Source: Iphione sp. A-MEVVRFRX5 (Eukaryota). From it: 64,000 nt of DNA. Below the pieces are notes generated by a model. The model was not told the DNA's origin. It did no database searches and saw only the letters and a program-made list of their open reading frames with translations. Both the position numbers and the translations under genes were made by a program. This document shows, one piece after another, positions 27,471 through 39,122 of this stretch (positions are counted from its first letter, which is position 1; every line of letters starts with the position of its first letter). The stretch lies in the NCBI GenBank assembly GCA_976226885.1, contig OZ320313.1, positions 70,804,001 to 70,868,000 of the forward strand, written 5' to 3'.

Positions 27471-30408
27471 ATGAGAGTATCCTCCTGTCTAAATGTGGGC
27501 AGTTCGTGACAGTCCATATTCCTCTGGGGCAGGTAGCAAGCACTCGTCCTGGTCCTAACCTAGAGATGCGAGCATAATCCCTGTAAACATGTGATAAGAA
27601 CTAAGCCTTATAATTGACTCAAAGCTGCCATAGCAACCTCAAATATAGCGCGTCAAGCAATTGATGTGGCCAACATTTTTCTATATCGTTTGCGTCAAAT
27701 ACATTCTTCCCATGATACAAGACTAACAGTGCTAAACTTCCTCAGTTCTTTCTAATCTATAGTACTCAAACTGCATCCTCCTGGATGCCTCAAAGGGTAC
27801 ATTAGAGAAGCTTTACATACGGGTAATCATATACATGTACATACGCAGTTATGTTACACGTTCTAACGCTCAAGCAGTGAAACTTCCTATAAGACGACAG
27901 ACAACCCCAGAGGAAAATTCACTCAAAAAACGTCTGGTCTAGTAGGCATGAGTAGTTCATAAAAATGTGGTCAAACATCCTGAGAGTGGGTGACCTATTT
28001 CAAGATATACTGAAGCAAATGGTTATAATTCCTTTATTATGTCCCTAACATGTGTTCAATTTAAACCGTTTGGTTCGTTATGTACCTGAAAACTCACTTT
28101 TCAAGTGATATTTCTTTCCTGGAAAAGAATTGACACGATGGCTGTCATCTTTTAAACATTGCCACAGGCAGAGGGGACATTTCGAAGGCTGAGTGCATGA
28201 TGAGAAGCACCCAAAGTTTTAATGTCCAGACGTAAATATTGTTCTGAAAACGGAAGATGATTATATATGATAGAATTTAATAGATACAGACCTTTTTATT
28301 CCTTCTTGTTTGCAAATACGCTGTCCAGCATATCGGACGATCATGGGTCACTGTACCGTAATATCGCTATCAAATTCTTGATCATATCCATTAATTTTAA
28401 TGGTTAGAACAGCGATTAAGTGAGGTTACAGTAAATTGTCTTAAATGGTCCTTCAATTTCCCCTTGCGGAGGGACTCCATCCCTTCACTTGGCTAAAGTT
28501 ACGGGTCAAGGGACAATTCATTCTAACTTCACTTCATGGCTACAGCAGATACGCCAAACAGACATCTGTCAATGAACTAATGTCAAATAAAACAGAATTC
28601 TGTGTCTACTGACTATCCTCAAGCTAGGAACAGTCAGGTTGGTACGAGTCTAAATGACCAGGGAATAGTCACTAGCAATATGGCAACCAAATAAGCTTGA
28701 GAGTTAAATGATAAAGGCACTCAACAACAGAACAGCATACCTCCCTATTCGAGGGAGCTAAACGACAGAAAGTTACAAAAGAATTAAACAAATTGTAGCA
28801 GTCCCCGACTTGTCCGTGAACCTAACAATGAACTTCATGTGACTCATATCAGTACATTACACTACAAAGAACAAAAACTCCTCTTCTCTCCCTAACCAGG
28901 TTACTGCTGGCCAGTGCCATTACGTGTTACACTTTAATGGATGGTAACAGATCTAGATGTACTTAAACGGAATATTACAAATTTGCTTCAGTTTCTATGA
29001 TAATGAATTCCAAACCTACATTGTTACTTGCAAAGTACATTTATTAGAACATGAGTAAAGTAAATCACATACGTCCAAGTACCAGGTATTAACAGAAACT
29101 GAAGCGTAGCATGGCGTGTGAAAAGGTAGTAACCGTGCAAATTCCTTTCAGTACATGTACATGAGCATATCTAATTAATAAGGGGCGAATATGTTGTTCA
29201 ACTAATCTTTCAGAGTATCTTTCCCACATTGCGCCGTTTAATCTTCAGTCTTCAGCGAAACCTTTTCCTCTGTTCTCAGCCCATCTCCGGCCTGTTAATG
29301 CCGTTACAGTTACTATCTATGACCCTTCGCAAAAAAAGCATTAGTGTCTTCTTGATCAGATCCCCCTGCCTCGTCTCTACCGGGCTGGTGTTAGGCCGCA
29401 GAGCTGCCGGAGATGGGCACAAGGTCCTATCTTCTCTAGATCGAAACCGCCGGTCCCCGTGGGGACTGGCGAGGAAAAGAAACAGTTTCGTTGATGAACT
29501 CCCAGTAATAGGAACAGGCCGGGGCCCTCCGCTAACTTTGATGCGAAAGACTGCACACGAAGCTCTTTGCCAGTTTTTTCTCCATTTATATACACGCTCT
29601 GATAAGCAACTTCCATGATGTGTGTATTCCAAGGGATATCCTTATCTCAGAAGTACTTGATAAGCATTACTTGGTGATATAACATATACATGTTTTAGAT
29701 TATACCAAAACAGAAATGCTTCATTATTATTTGGATGAAGGCACACACAACTTTGAACAAAAAACTATCCCATCGCCTGTTATTCAAACGAGGATTACAA
29801 AATGTCCTTTGCATCCAAGTGTAAAATCTGAAGAATTTTTTAAACTTCATTTTCTCTTGAAAGGTATACAAAACGTATATATACACATGTACTGAAATAA
29901 GGTACTAGAGCTACCGATGTGATGAACGTTTTTACACATAATTGTCACCGCTGTTTCAAATACATGTCCATGTATACGTTCTACATTTACTTCCTACAAG
30001 TGTTGAATATTTTGAATTATCATGTAAACGCAAACTCGTTTAGGAAGTTGAAATTAAGTAAACATTGTGTCTACACAGAAAAAGAAAAAAAACCGTTCAA
30101 CAAGTTCGCTTCGACACGTTATCGCCCGAGGAAAAAAACAGATTTCCTATACTACTCTCAAGCATTTCCGTACTCCCCTGCATTAGCACGCAGTCTTATG
30201 TTCGCTTCAAAACCCTGGAGGTCCACCACCATTCAATATGCGATGCATATCATTACCAACTACATGGTAATCACATATAAAGCCTCTTGGCACAGTTACC
30301 TTGATAATAAGGTTCAATTCGTTTTCATTTGTACAACGAAGTGTTAACCATTACGCTCAAGAGGTTTTGATCCAGAGCCCCATGAGGCGTGAGTCATGGC
30401 CTCCTCAC

Positions 30409-30534
30409 CAGCTGAGACTGGGCATGGCGCGTCCGTTCTTGTTCATCTGTCTCTCGGTCTTGTTCTTGCCCATCAGGCCATAGACGAACTTCCTCCCAGC
30501 ACGCATCGCTAATGGCGAGACAAGCTCCACATAG
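30409..30534 (-). pseudogene. Isolated exon-like segment, possibly pyridine nucleotide-disulphide oxidoreductase (GSR/TXNRD-like)
   Basis: GC3-rich frame YVELVSPLAMRAGRKFVYGLMGKNKTERQMNKNGRAMPSLS ends at donor TG|gtgagg; resembles TrxR/GSR VELTPVAIQAGR / TPVAIAAGRKL...IPTVVF. The acceptor is either the AG at 30509-30510 or a mutated AA after a pyrimidine tract. Confidence 0.35.
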
Positions 30535-33500
30535 TTAAGGAAGAGATGAGAGCGATGATGAGTGAACATGTAAAAGTAATACACAAAGTAATATGTCTTT
30601 CTGTGGCCTAAATTCCCTAAGAAGGTCAACGATGCCAGAGAAGGACCAAAGACTAATGTAGGCCTATATTACACGTAGGTTCACTCATACTGTTAATTGT
30701 CTTAATCTTGCTATGTCTTTCCTATGACATTTCCACCGTTCCTATCCCCATTCTGTCTTCTACTCACTTTAATTTTCGAGGTCCCGTTATGTTTCTCTCC
30801 CTTAAGCCTCTCTCTGGGTAACACTCCTCTCTGTGTCACTATCCTTGTATCCAGTTACTGTCTCTTTCCTCTGAAATGGTATTGTATTATAGCCTTGCCA
30901 CTGGACAGTCGTCACAAGAGCATGGCGTCAACGGAGATCACGTTACGAATAATGCTGACACCTGCCTCTAAATTGGAGAAGAACACTTCTGTTCCAAAAA
31001 CACTGAGGTATTATGTGGGAAGGCATTGTCTGCTCTCCTGTGATAAATGTACGAGCCGTTTGACAAAGGACTCAACTGGTGGACTGACATAAGACAACGG
31101 AAAACCTGCTAGAGAAGAGAAGCTTCTTTGGCGATAATGACATATAGTGGTTGGCGGTAAAACAGCCCCGAGGGACTGAAGGTCATCACTAGGCGACCAA
31201 CGATCCCCAGTTAAGGGAATGAATCATGTAGTCATAGCAACAAGACGGCACATAAGTCTATGATATACTGCCACCGACCCAGGTGCTTCTGACCTAGGCA
31301 TTGGGGAGGGCCATATGTTACTTCCGCCAAGGTCAGAGGCGATATTCATAGAGGGATCCTCATCAGTGTAACACTACAACGGAGGGGGGCGTCCATTTGG
31401 GTCGGAGACATCTATGCAATATACTATTAAATGCAAATTGTTTGATGTTAATGTTGCATGTCTCCTGTTGTTCTGCAGCGATTGGCAAATAAGTGATATA
31501 TTTAGAATGCACCTAAGCAGGGGACCTTTTGCAAGTATGAAATACTCGTTTTCTGATAAAAAGGGTCAGGGTAATCATCTTTGTTAAAGTGTATGTTTTG
31601 AAGACTGTTTACCTTACTATTACACTGTCTTCAAGTCAAAGACACCTCTTATGAATAACCGCTTGTTAGCAGTCTTTTGTACAGAGTATACCGCCCACTA
31701 TGCTTATCGACGTAAACAACTAATAGTGGGCTTGCGGTTATAGGTGGACAGGTTGGTCCTCTTTGGGCAGCGAGATCAAACGCAGTCTGACGGCGACTCG
31801 GTAAGGACTAGCATTCGTCCGTCCTGGAGATCCCGTAAGAAGAGGCCAACCCCTCATGACTGCTGCACTCGCACCACTCCCAACAGAGGCACCCATTCTT
31901 CCTCTCCGATGAACCCCCCTCCCACTGTTGGACCTCCCGCCCGCTCCCTTACGGAAGGAAAGCCATGTTGCTCCGTTTGAACTCCACAGGGAACCTGATC
32001 CGTCAACCGACAGGCTAGCATTGGCCCATTCCCTGGTGGCCTCCCCTGCCAGGCGGCCATCCCGACTCCCGACCAGCGACCTCGGCCCTGCTCTCCCCAC
32101 ACAGCGGTCTAGATATTCGGGACTACTTGACGTCCGCAGGTCCCCATCACTCACATATGATCTCGGGCGCCTGCATAGCAAATTAGGATGGGCAGAGGGG
32201 GTTATGTTCTAAATAAAGATCATGGAAGAACTCGCAAGAAACAGGAAGCGAGGATATATGGCAGAATTTGTGAAAAATATTAACAAATCAAGAGTTCAAA
32301 CATAAACGAAACATATTTGGGCGGGTGGAAACTTAAAAGTAATCTGTGTTGTCAGGTAAGTCACGCCCAAACACGAAACTATAAAGGAAAAACGTATGAT
32401 TATCCGTTCTATACCATTTACGATAAGGTAAGCGTCCATGGTATTTTCAAAACCCAGGTCTATTTTCGGGCTTGTAATTCACCTGAAGCAGTTGCAGCAT
32501 GGATAGCGCCTTTCAGAACATCGCTGTAGAGGGATATTGCCGATAGTCATTCAGGAAATTAATGATGGAGGCAAACGGCTTATATATGTTGTAGGGCCAG
32601 AGTATCCTCAGTCACCTTCTTTCAAAGAGCAGATAAATCAGACCACAGAGGGGTATCTTCTATTACCTTGTCCCTACCGAAAAGTATATCATCTCAATAT
32701 GTCTCAGGGATCATTTATGATTTCCTCGGCCAATGTTGAGTTCGGGAAGCTTCACAGCAGAGGTTTAGTTATCCTTCAGTTCAGTTTTCATGCACATGTA
32801 TATGTATGTTCATACCCAAGCGGCAATTAAACGCGTGTGTAAGAAAGGTTTAGTCAAAGTTTCTGATGTTCTCCAACAGAATATCAGTTCAAATGCCCTT
32901 ATTTGCCAGGACAACCATGTTACCGATACATTGATACATGGCTCAAGCGTCATATACTACCGCAACTAAAGGACATAACAATATGGCCGGTATAGATGTT
33001 CCCCTTAACGATTTGCATGAATGTATTTGATTGTAACATGTTGGTTGTTAGAGCGCTTCATCTCTTATACGTCATCTCACGTCATACGTTTTTCAATCGG
33101 ACTACATCGCAGCCGGGCTTTCACGATCGTTCCTTTCTTTACCTATCTTGTGATGACAGACACACATGGACATCTTATCATATGATGTATCGTAATACCT
33201 TAGTAATTCCTACTGCATATATGCATGGCCTGTGGATTGCATTCGAGAATAACTTTATACCATAGATAAATGGATATCTAGCAGTGTCCACATTACGGAA
33301 AATCGATTTTTTCTTACCGGCAAGTGAAACGATGATTGATCAATATCTAACATCGTCAACATTTTTATGGATATGAATGAGGCTAGCAACATGGAGTGAC
33401 CGCTTACCCACAGTCATTCCAACCAGTAGCACGAGTGGCCTTCCCTTCCCGCCAGGCAACCACACTGACCTTAATGTACTACTTGATCGTCGGCCTTGAA

Positions 33501-36500
33501 GTTTGGCTTTTGAACTCTCAACCGTGATATGGCGACAGGGGCGCATCTTTGATCCGCTATCTGCCACGTTCCAGTGCTCCTGCTCGCCACTGATGACATC
33601 CTGCAAAAGGTTTTATGCCCAAAATAATTACGCTAAGCATTTGGGGGTTGTTGCCCGAGAGGTACTGCACTGAAACGACCTTGACTGGCCATTCTTTAAA
33701 AGGCCAGTTCATTGTTCATTTAAAATTGTCAAATTGATGAAAACGCAGTTGCTAACCAGTAATCGTTCGGCAGTAGGACAACACAACAAGAGAAAGGTAA
33801 TAGGGTTTTGTCGTTACTTTTTAAATAGAATGAAAATGTACCGTCCCCAAAGTCCGTGCCGATTTGGAAGTGATTTTATTTGCAAATAGTCAAGATCCTA
33901 GGGATCTGATGGCAGAGGGAAGGCAGAGTTTTTTTCGCCTCAGGCAAAGCCTTAATGTCCTAAACGGGACGTTCAGTATTGATCCAAAAGTGTGTACAGC
34001 AAGGTCAGCCTTCACGGGTAGCAGATCCAGGGCCTGGAACCAAGACTGAATAACAAAAGTCTTATGCCACTCTGCCACGGTGTTTCACCCCTATTCCTCC
34101 TGTACATCTAGACATCGTGATGTTGGGCTTCATTCTGCCCTTGCAAGATGCTAAGGGAGTATGTATTTGTTTGCTAGGATGATCTCTGGCAGAATACTAA
34201 CGCGGCTATTTTATACTGTGGGTTTTGTGTACTGATATAACTGGTCCATACATGGGAATTTGACTGATATGGAAAACCAATGCTTTCTAAAAGGGGGACA
34301 GCATAGTGATGAATGAGTTTCCCAGGGCAAAGAACTAAATGTCCTAGGACAAATCAGTGTAAAGGATAGTAGTAATTTCCATACAGTGAAAGTCTATCTA
34401 CCACCCTAGCTACATTTGCCGTAGAAGGCCTGTGATACGCCCTTTCAGAACTCAACAAATTTTGTGGAGACTGACCTCACATGATCTTCAGTTTATCACT
34501 TTCTCTGTGTAGAGCAATTTGTCTCTGTGGACTAGGTGGGGTTAGGGCTTAGTACAGTGGCTGGAGTTTAGTTTCGAAACACGCTTACGGTTGCCGTCCT
34601 GGTCAAGAAGTTCGTGTCACGGCTGAATACTAATGGCCGTCAGCTAGGGCAGAAAGCAATTTACGACTACTTTAGCACCAAACCCTTCTCTACTCCCAGA
34701 GGAACGTACTGCCTTGTCGTGGCGTCACATCTGCTTTCAACCTCAGCAATACATTTAAATCACCGAACCTCTGCATTATATCACGTCAAAATCCAACGAA
34801 TTTATTACCAAAATGACGAAGATTATGAAAATCATCGGCCTCTTTCTATCCCTCGCACTCTCAAACACTGTACCACTGATCCTAGTCATTATTGGTAAAC
34901 ATGCAGAACTACAAGTACGTGCATTGTATTGCTGATCGTGCAAACTTCCGCACGTCGTTCATACTACATGTAGTTCAGATCACTTAGTTTAGTTTTCCAC
35001 ATATTTGTATTTGTATGTACGTGTCTATACTAGGCAGGTGGTACGAGAGGCTTCAGATAACGTTACAAGAAAGGCATTACAACAACTTGATTATTCTTCC
35101 CGTGGAGCTCTTGTTGCTTTTATAACAAAATCCAACCAGTGGTTACAAACCCCTTTAAATGTACGCCCACTGTTTGTGGACAGATGACCAAATTATTCAG
35201 CCAGACACCATACATATTCATCTCTTTCACGGTTGCGTCCTTGACGTGTGACAATCCTCTGCCTGGTTGCTGACACTGTTGCTGCCGAGTCCCTCTGCCA
35301 TTCGTGAACACACAGACCAGCATCCGCTCACATCCCAAACTACCACGTGAGCCAGACTAACGTCCATTCTCCCACCTTCCTGGGGATGAGGTTTCCCTCA
35401 GTTGGGAATACCGGCAGAGGCAATCGGCAGGGCGAAGACTTGCTGACGCTTTACCGGATCCACGCTAAGGCCAACTGAGCCGACAGGGTATAAGGTTAGA
35501 GTCACGTCTCCCGGCTTCCGGCGAGTAATGTCCTCAGGGAAGGACGCCGTGTCCCCGTATCTTTTTCATTCTCGTCACTTCCGACCCATCTGTAACATCT
35601 GCTCTAACATGGGCTGCGCTTCTATTTGCTACTACAACGGTCTCTTAATCTTGGTCAGTAAACTGATAAAATTTTCAAGGACTGACATTGATAAGTCGTT
35701 CCGAATGGCAGCGTTGTTGCAGCGGTTTGTCCACCCCTACCGAAGCTCCAGCCAACTCATAAATGTGAATCAATATCGATTATAACCGTCTTGTGATATA
35801 TTTGAACTCCTCAACCAGTTCTTTGCAGAGTTGTGCGATATATATCGGCAGTTCCATTATCTTCAATGATAGGTTTTAGAGTCTTAAGTGCCTACTTTCG
35901 CTATTTATGAGGTGCACTGCGTCTAAGATGACTAGGCCTCTGTTCTATTGAATATCAAACGATTTGCTGCTGTCTGACCTTAAGAGATATGTAAAGGCTA
36001 CGTTCCTGCCTTCCATTAAAGCCTTAGAGTGGGTACAAAGACCACTACCGTAACTTCCAGCCCCAATACTGCTTCATGCCATGGAACACCATTATTGGCG
36101 TTTCGGAGTAACCGACGAAGCGGCATACTAGCGACCAGGCTCACACCTATTTATACGTATAGATGCATACAAATCCTTTTAAGACATTTACGGTCATCAC
36201 TCCAGTGCTTCGACTTGCGGTCCCAAATGGTACTTCACAATGCCACGGCAATTGGGAAGTACTTGCAAATAATGCCCCGGACTGACCTGATACTGTTGTA
36301 GTCATTGTTCTCTTGGTCTGCCTTCTAACCTATTAACTATTAGTGTGGATCTGTTACTTCTGGTAGACCTGACTTGTCAAGCTGCCGTTGTAAATAGTGT
36401 TCCGAACGTTATTATTATACAGTCTTAGATGCAGTTTAGACCCAACATTACCAGTGACAGGTTTTGTTCATCTGATCATTTCCAGGACTGTTGCTAGACG

Positions 36501-36823
36501 TACAACAGGCATCAAGTGACACGGTCTGTCTTTCTACATTTGGCGAACAATTCTTGTCAGCTGCTCGAAGTGCATTACCAACCCTGAAGTCCTCTACGCA
36601 ACGAAAGCTTACGATCAATAGTCTGTTATCTTATATACTAAGATCGACAGCATGGAATCACTAATTAGGCTTCAAAATCATGGATTTGAACATGTGTGTC
36701 GAATTTCTAGATTAAGCTTGTTTAAACTTTTAAAATATCTGATTTTGCTGTCCATTCTAATTGCGTATTCAATGAAAAATAAACGCGAAATAACCTTTAT
36801 GTTCTCTTCACATTCTTATCTAA

Positions 36824-36955
36824 GGTCAAAAAAATGAGTGTACTTCTGGTTACCCACCCCTACCTAGGAAAACCTCATCCTACCTAAACATATTTTGCCT
36901 CAAGGACTCTCCAAGGTTTAATTTCCTTAGATGTATGTTTTCACAGCCCATGTGT
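36824..36955. mobile_element. MITE fragment of the same family, inverted orientation
   Basis: TAA|GGTCAAAAAAATGAGTGTACTTCTGGTTACCCACCCCTACCTAG... is the reverse complement of the family's right end; truncated internally. Confidence 0.75.
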
Positions 36956-37059
36956 CATGACTGTGTTTTCTTGGGCAGTTGAATGTGTTTTCATGGCCGA
37001 GGACTAGATGCATACAAACTAACGAAATTCACTCAAATCATGAATTACAATACCTCCAG

Positions 37060-38100
37060 TGTGATTTATGTAAGTTAGCTGTTATTTATATTACACGTGT
37101 CATTATCTGTTTCACTCTCAGCCAATGTCCAACATTTGATGCCCCACGTGGTTGGTTTTGCAGGGACATATTCCTTGAATGTAACACTCCCGTTACAGGC
37201 AATCATACTTTCATCGATGGACAGTTTTTTCTTAGGTCTGTATATCTTCGTTGACACATGGTTGAAATGCTGCAATAGCCATTTCACCTTGAAATATGGA
37301 GGAGGTTTTGGTCATAAGGTACATCAGGGTTGTTGTCCTTGGTGAAGTGTAGGTACCTAGACATTGAAGCATAAAACGATGTACCTATATCAATTTCTAT
37401 GTCAGTAAATATTACAAATAGGCATAAAATTGTATCTGTATGTAATTTTACTGTATTGGTACTGGGATTGTACCTATCATATGGACAATTCCATTTGGAT
37501 TTTTTCTCACCTCAAAATTTGAGTGAACTGATTTCTGCTTATAAGCATGCGTAGATAGCTGTGAAAATGACATCCAAGAGTGACCAATAATCTTTCAGAG
37601 TGGGTTTGTGCACAACACCCATAATCATGGCCAATCCAAGGAAACATGATTTCCTGGAGATCCAGTTTCCTCCAAGACACCTTGTGGGACTCCGGCTTCT
37701 TCTGTCGCTCACGTTTAGCTTAGACATTGGTCATGTCCACAAGGTGTGTCAGGAATGGAATAGAGTGGAAACTTCTAAACAGATCAATAGGTTTTGAAGC
37801 CTCACTAATTCCATTACTAGGCTAGATCCAATATTCTTTATCGTGTTCTGTGATGGGAGGGGACGTGGCTATGCCAGAATCCATATCCTTCCATATGTAA
37901 CCATTGCCAGTGGTATGGCTGATTTCTGATGATGTGCATGATGCTGTTACCTCTTGTTGTAATTGTGTGGTCTCCTCATCATAAAAATCTGAATCTGTAG
38001 ACATTAACATCCCCAATGCCGTTGTCCATTAGCTTCAGGGTAGCTAATGGCAGCTCACCCCCCCAATTCTCATCAGAACTAGAAAATTCATCATTTATTG
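37060..38100 (-). pseudogene. piggyBac (PGBD4-like) DDD transposase relic with one intron, 3'-truncated
   Basis: Fragments PIDLFRSF..THLVDMTN, LGLAMIMGVVHKPTLKDYWS, NQFTQILR|YLHF, FKVKWLLQHFNHVSTKIYRPKKKLSIDESMIACNGSVTFKEYVPAKPTTWGIKCWTLAES are diagnostic piggyBac motifs. GT-AG intron at 37357-37510. Several stops and frameshifts; homology ends after the first catalytic Asp region. Confidence 0.88.
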
Positions 38101-38419
38101 CGGTTAAATTATAATGAAATAACAATATGCATTTGAGCAATCAGCTACATGTCATCTGCCTGACAGACGATAAGTTACATACTTGCCAGTATTGATACAT
38201 TTCAGTGAATGGATCAAATATATTAGCAACCGATCACAAATCCACGTTCCCAACTGTCCCTTCTTTATTTCCTCCAAAAATCATATAATCCCAATTATTT
38301 CTGATTAAATTCATATATACATTAACCACCACTACCCTATCATATGCTTGGGGGCATATACCATGTACCACCATTGATGCAGGAATGCCTTTATGCATAT
38401 GTCGCTATCTATCCAGTAA

Positions 38420-38825
38420 GGCCCCCTAAAAAATAGGTGTGTTTCTGGTAACGACCGGCCAAAAACCTAGGTAGGGAGGGGGTATCTTTTTTTTTTTTAA
38501 TTTTTTTTTCCACTTTCTTCCTCTGGTATTCAATAATAATATAGATAATATGAAGAATTTTGACCAATTTGTAGTTTTTGCTGAATTTTCATGGATTTTA
38601 CTGTTTTTCTATTTAATTTATAATAATAATAATAACATAATTTGTTTATTCCAATGATCGTCCTATCGGACAGTTTACATAATTTACCAAAAACATGTGC
38701 TGTGAAACCACGTATCTTAGAAAATTCAGCCTTCGAAACTCTTTGAGGCCAAAACATTTTTAGGTAGGGTGAGGTTTTACTAGGTAGGGGTGGGTTACGA
38801 GAAACACACCTATTTTGGGGGGGCC
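38420..38825. mobile_element. MITE, complete, TAA target-site duplication (PIF/Harbinger- or Zator-like)
   Basis: TIRs GGCCCCC...AAAATAGGTGTGTTTCT(G/C)GTAAC at both ends; TAA at 38417-38419 and 38826-38828. Confidence 0.9.
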
Positions 38826-39076
38826 TAATCCCTCCGGTCTTATATCGCCATCATTGGATTAAAGACTAGTTGGTATTTACTAGCCTCAGAGTGCTGAATC
38901 TGAGAGTTCCATACCCTAGGATGCAGGGGATATGCCTTTGTGAATGACTGAGTCGTTTAGATGTATCTTTTCTATTCATAAAAAAATAGTGTTTAATGTG
39001 TCATTTGGGGAGTTTTTTTGCTTTATTAAAATCTTCTATTGCAAGTACAATTTCACGCACATAGCTAGGCAGAGGA

Positions 39077-39122
39077 GGGTCGGGTTCAACCCCACATTCG
39101 GGTCGAGTTCAACCCCACATTC
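39077..39122. repeat. Two-copy 23-bp tandem repeat GGGTCG(G/A)GTTCAACCCCACATTC
   Basis: Direct reading. Each unit has a GGGT..ACCC mini-palindrome, reminiscent of piggyBac subterminal motifs, about 1 kb upstream of the piggyBac relic. Confidence 0.8.
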
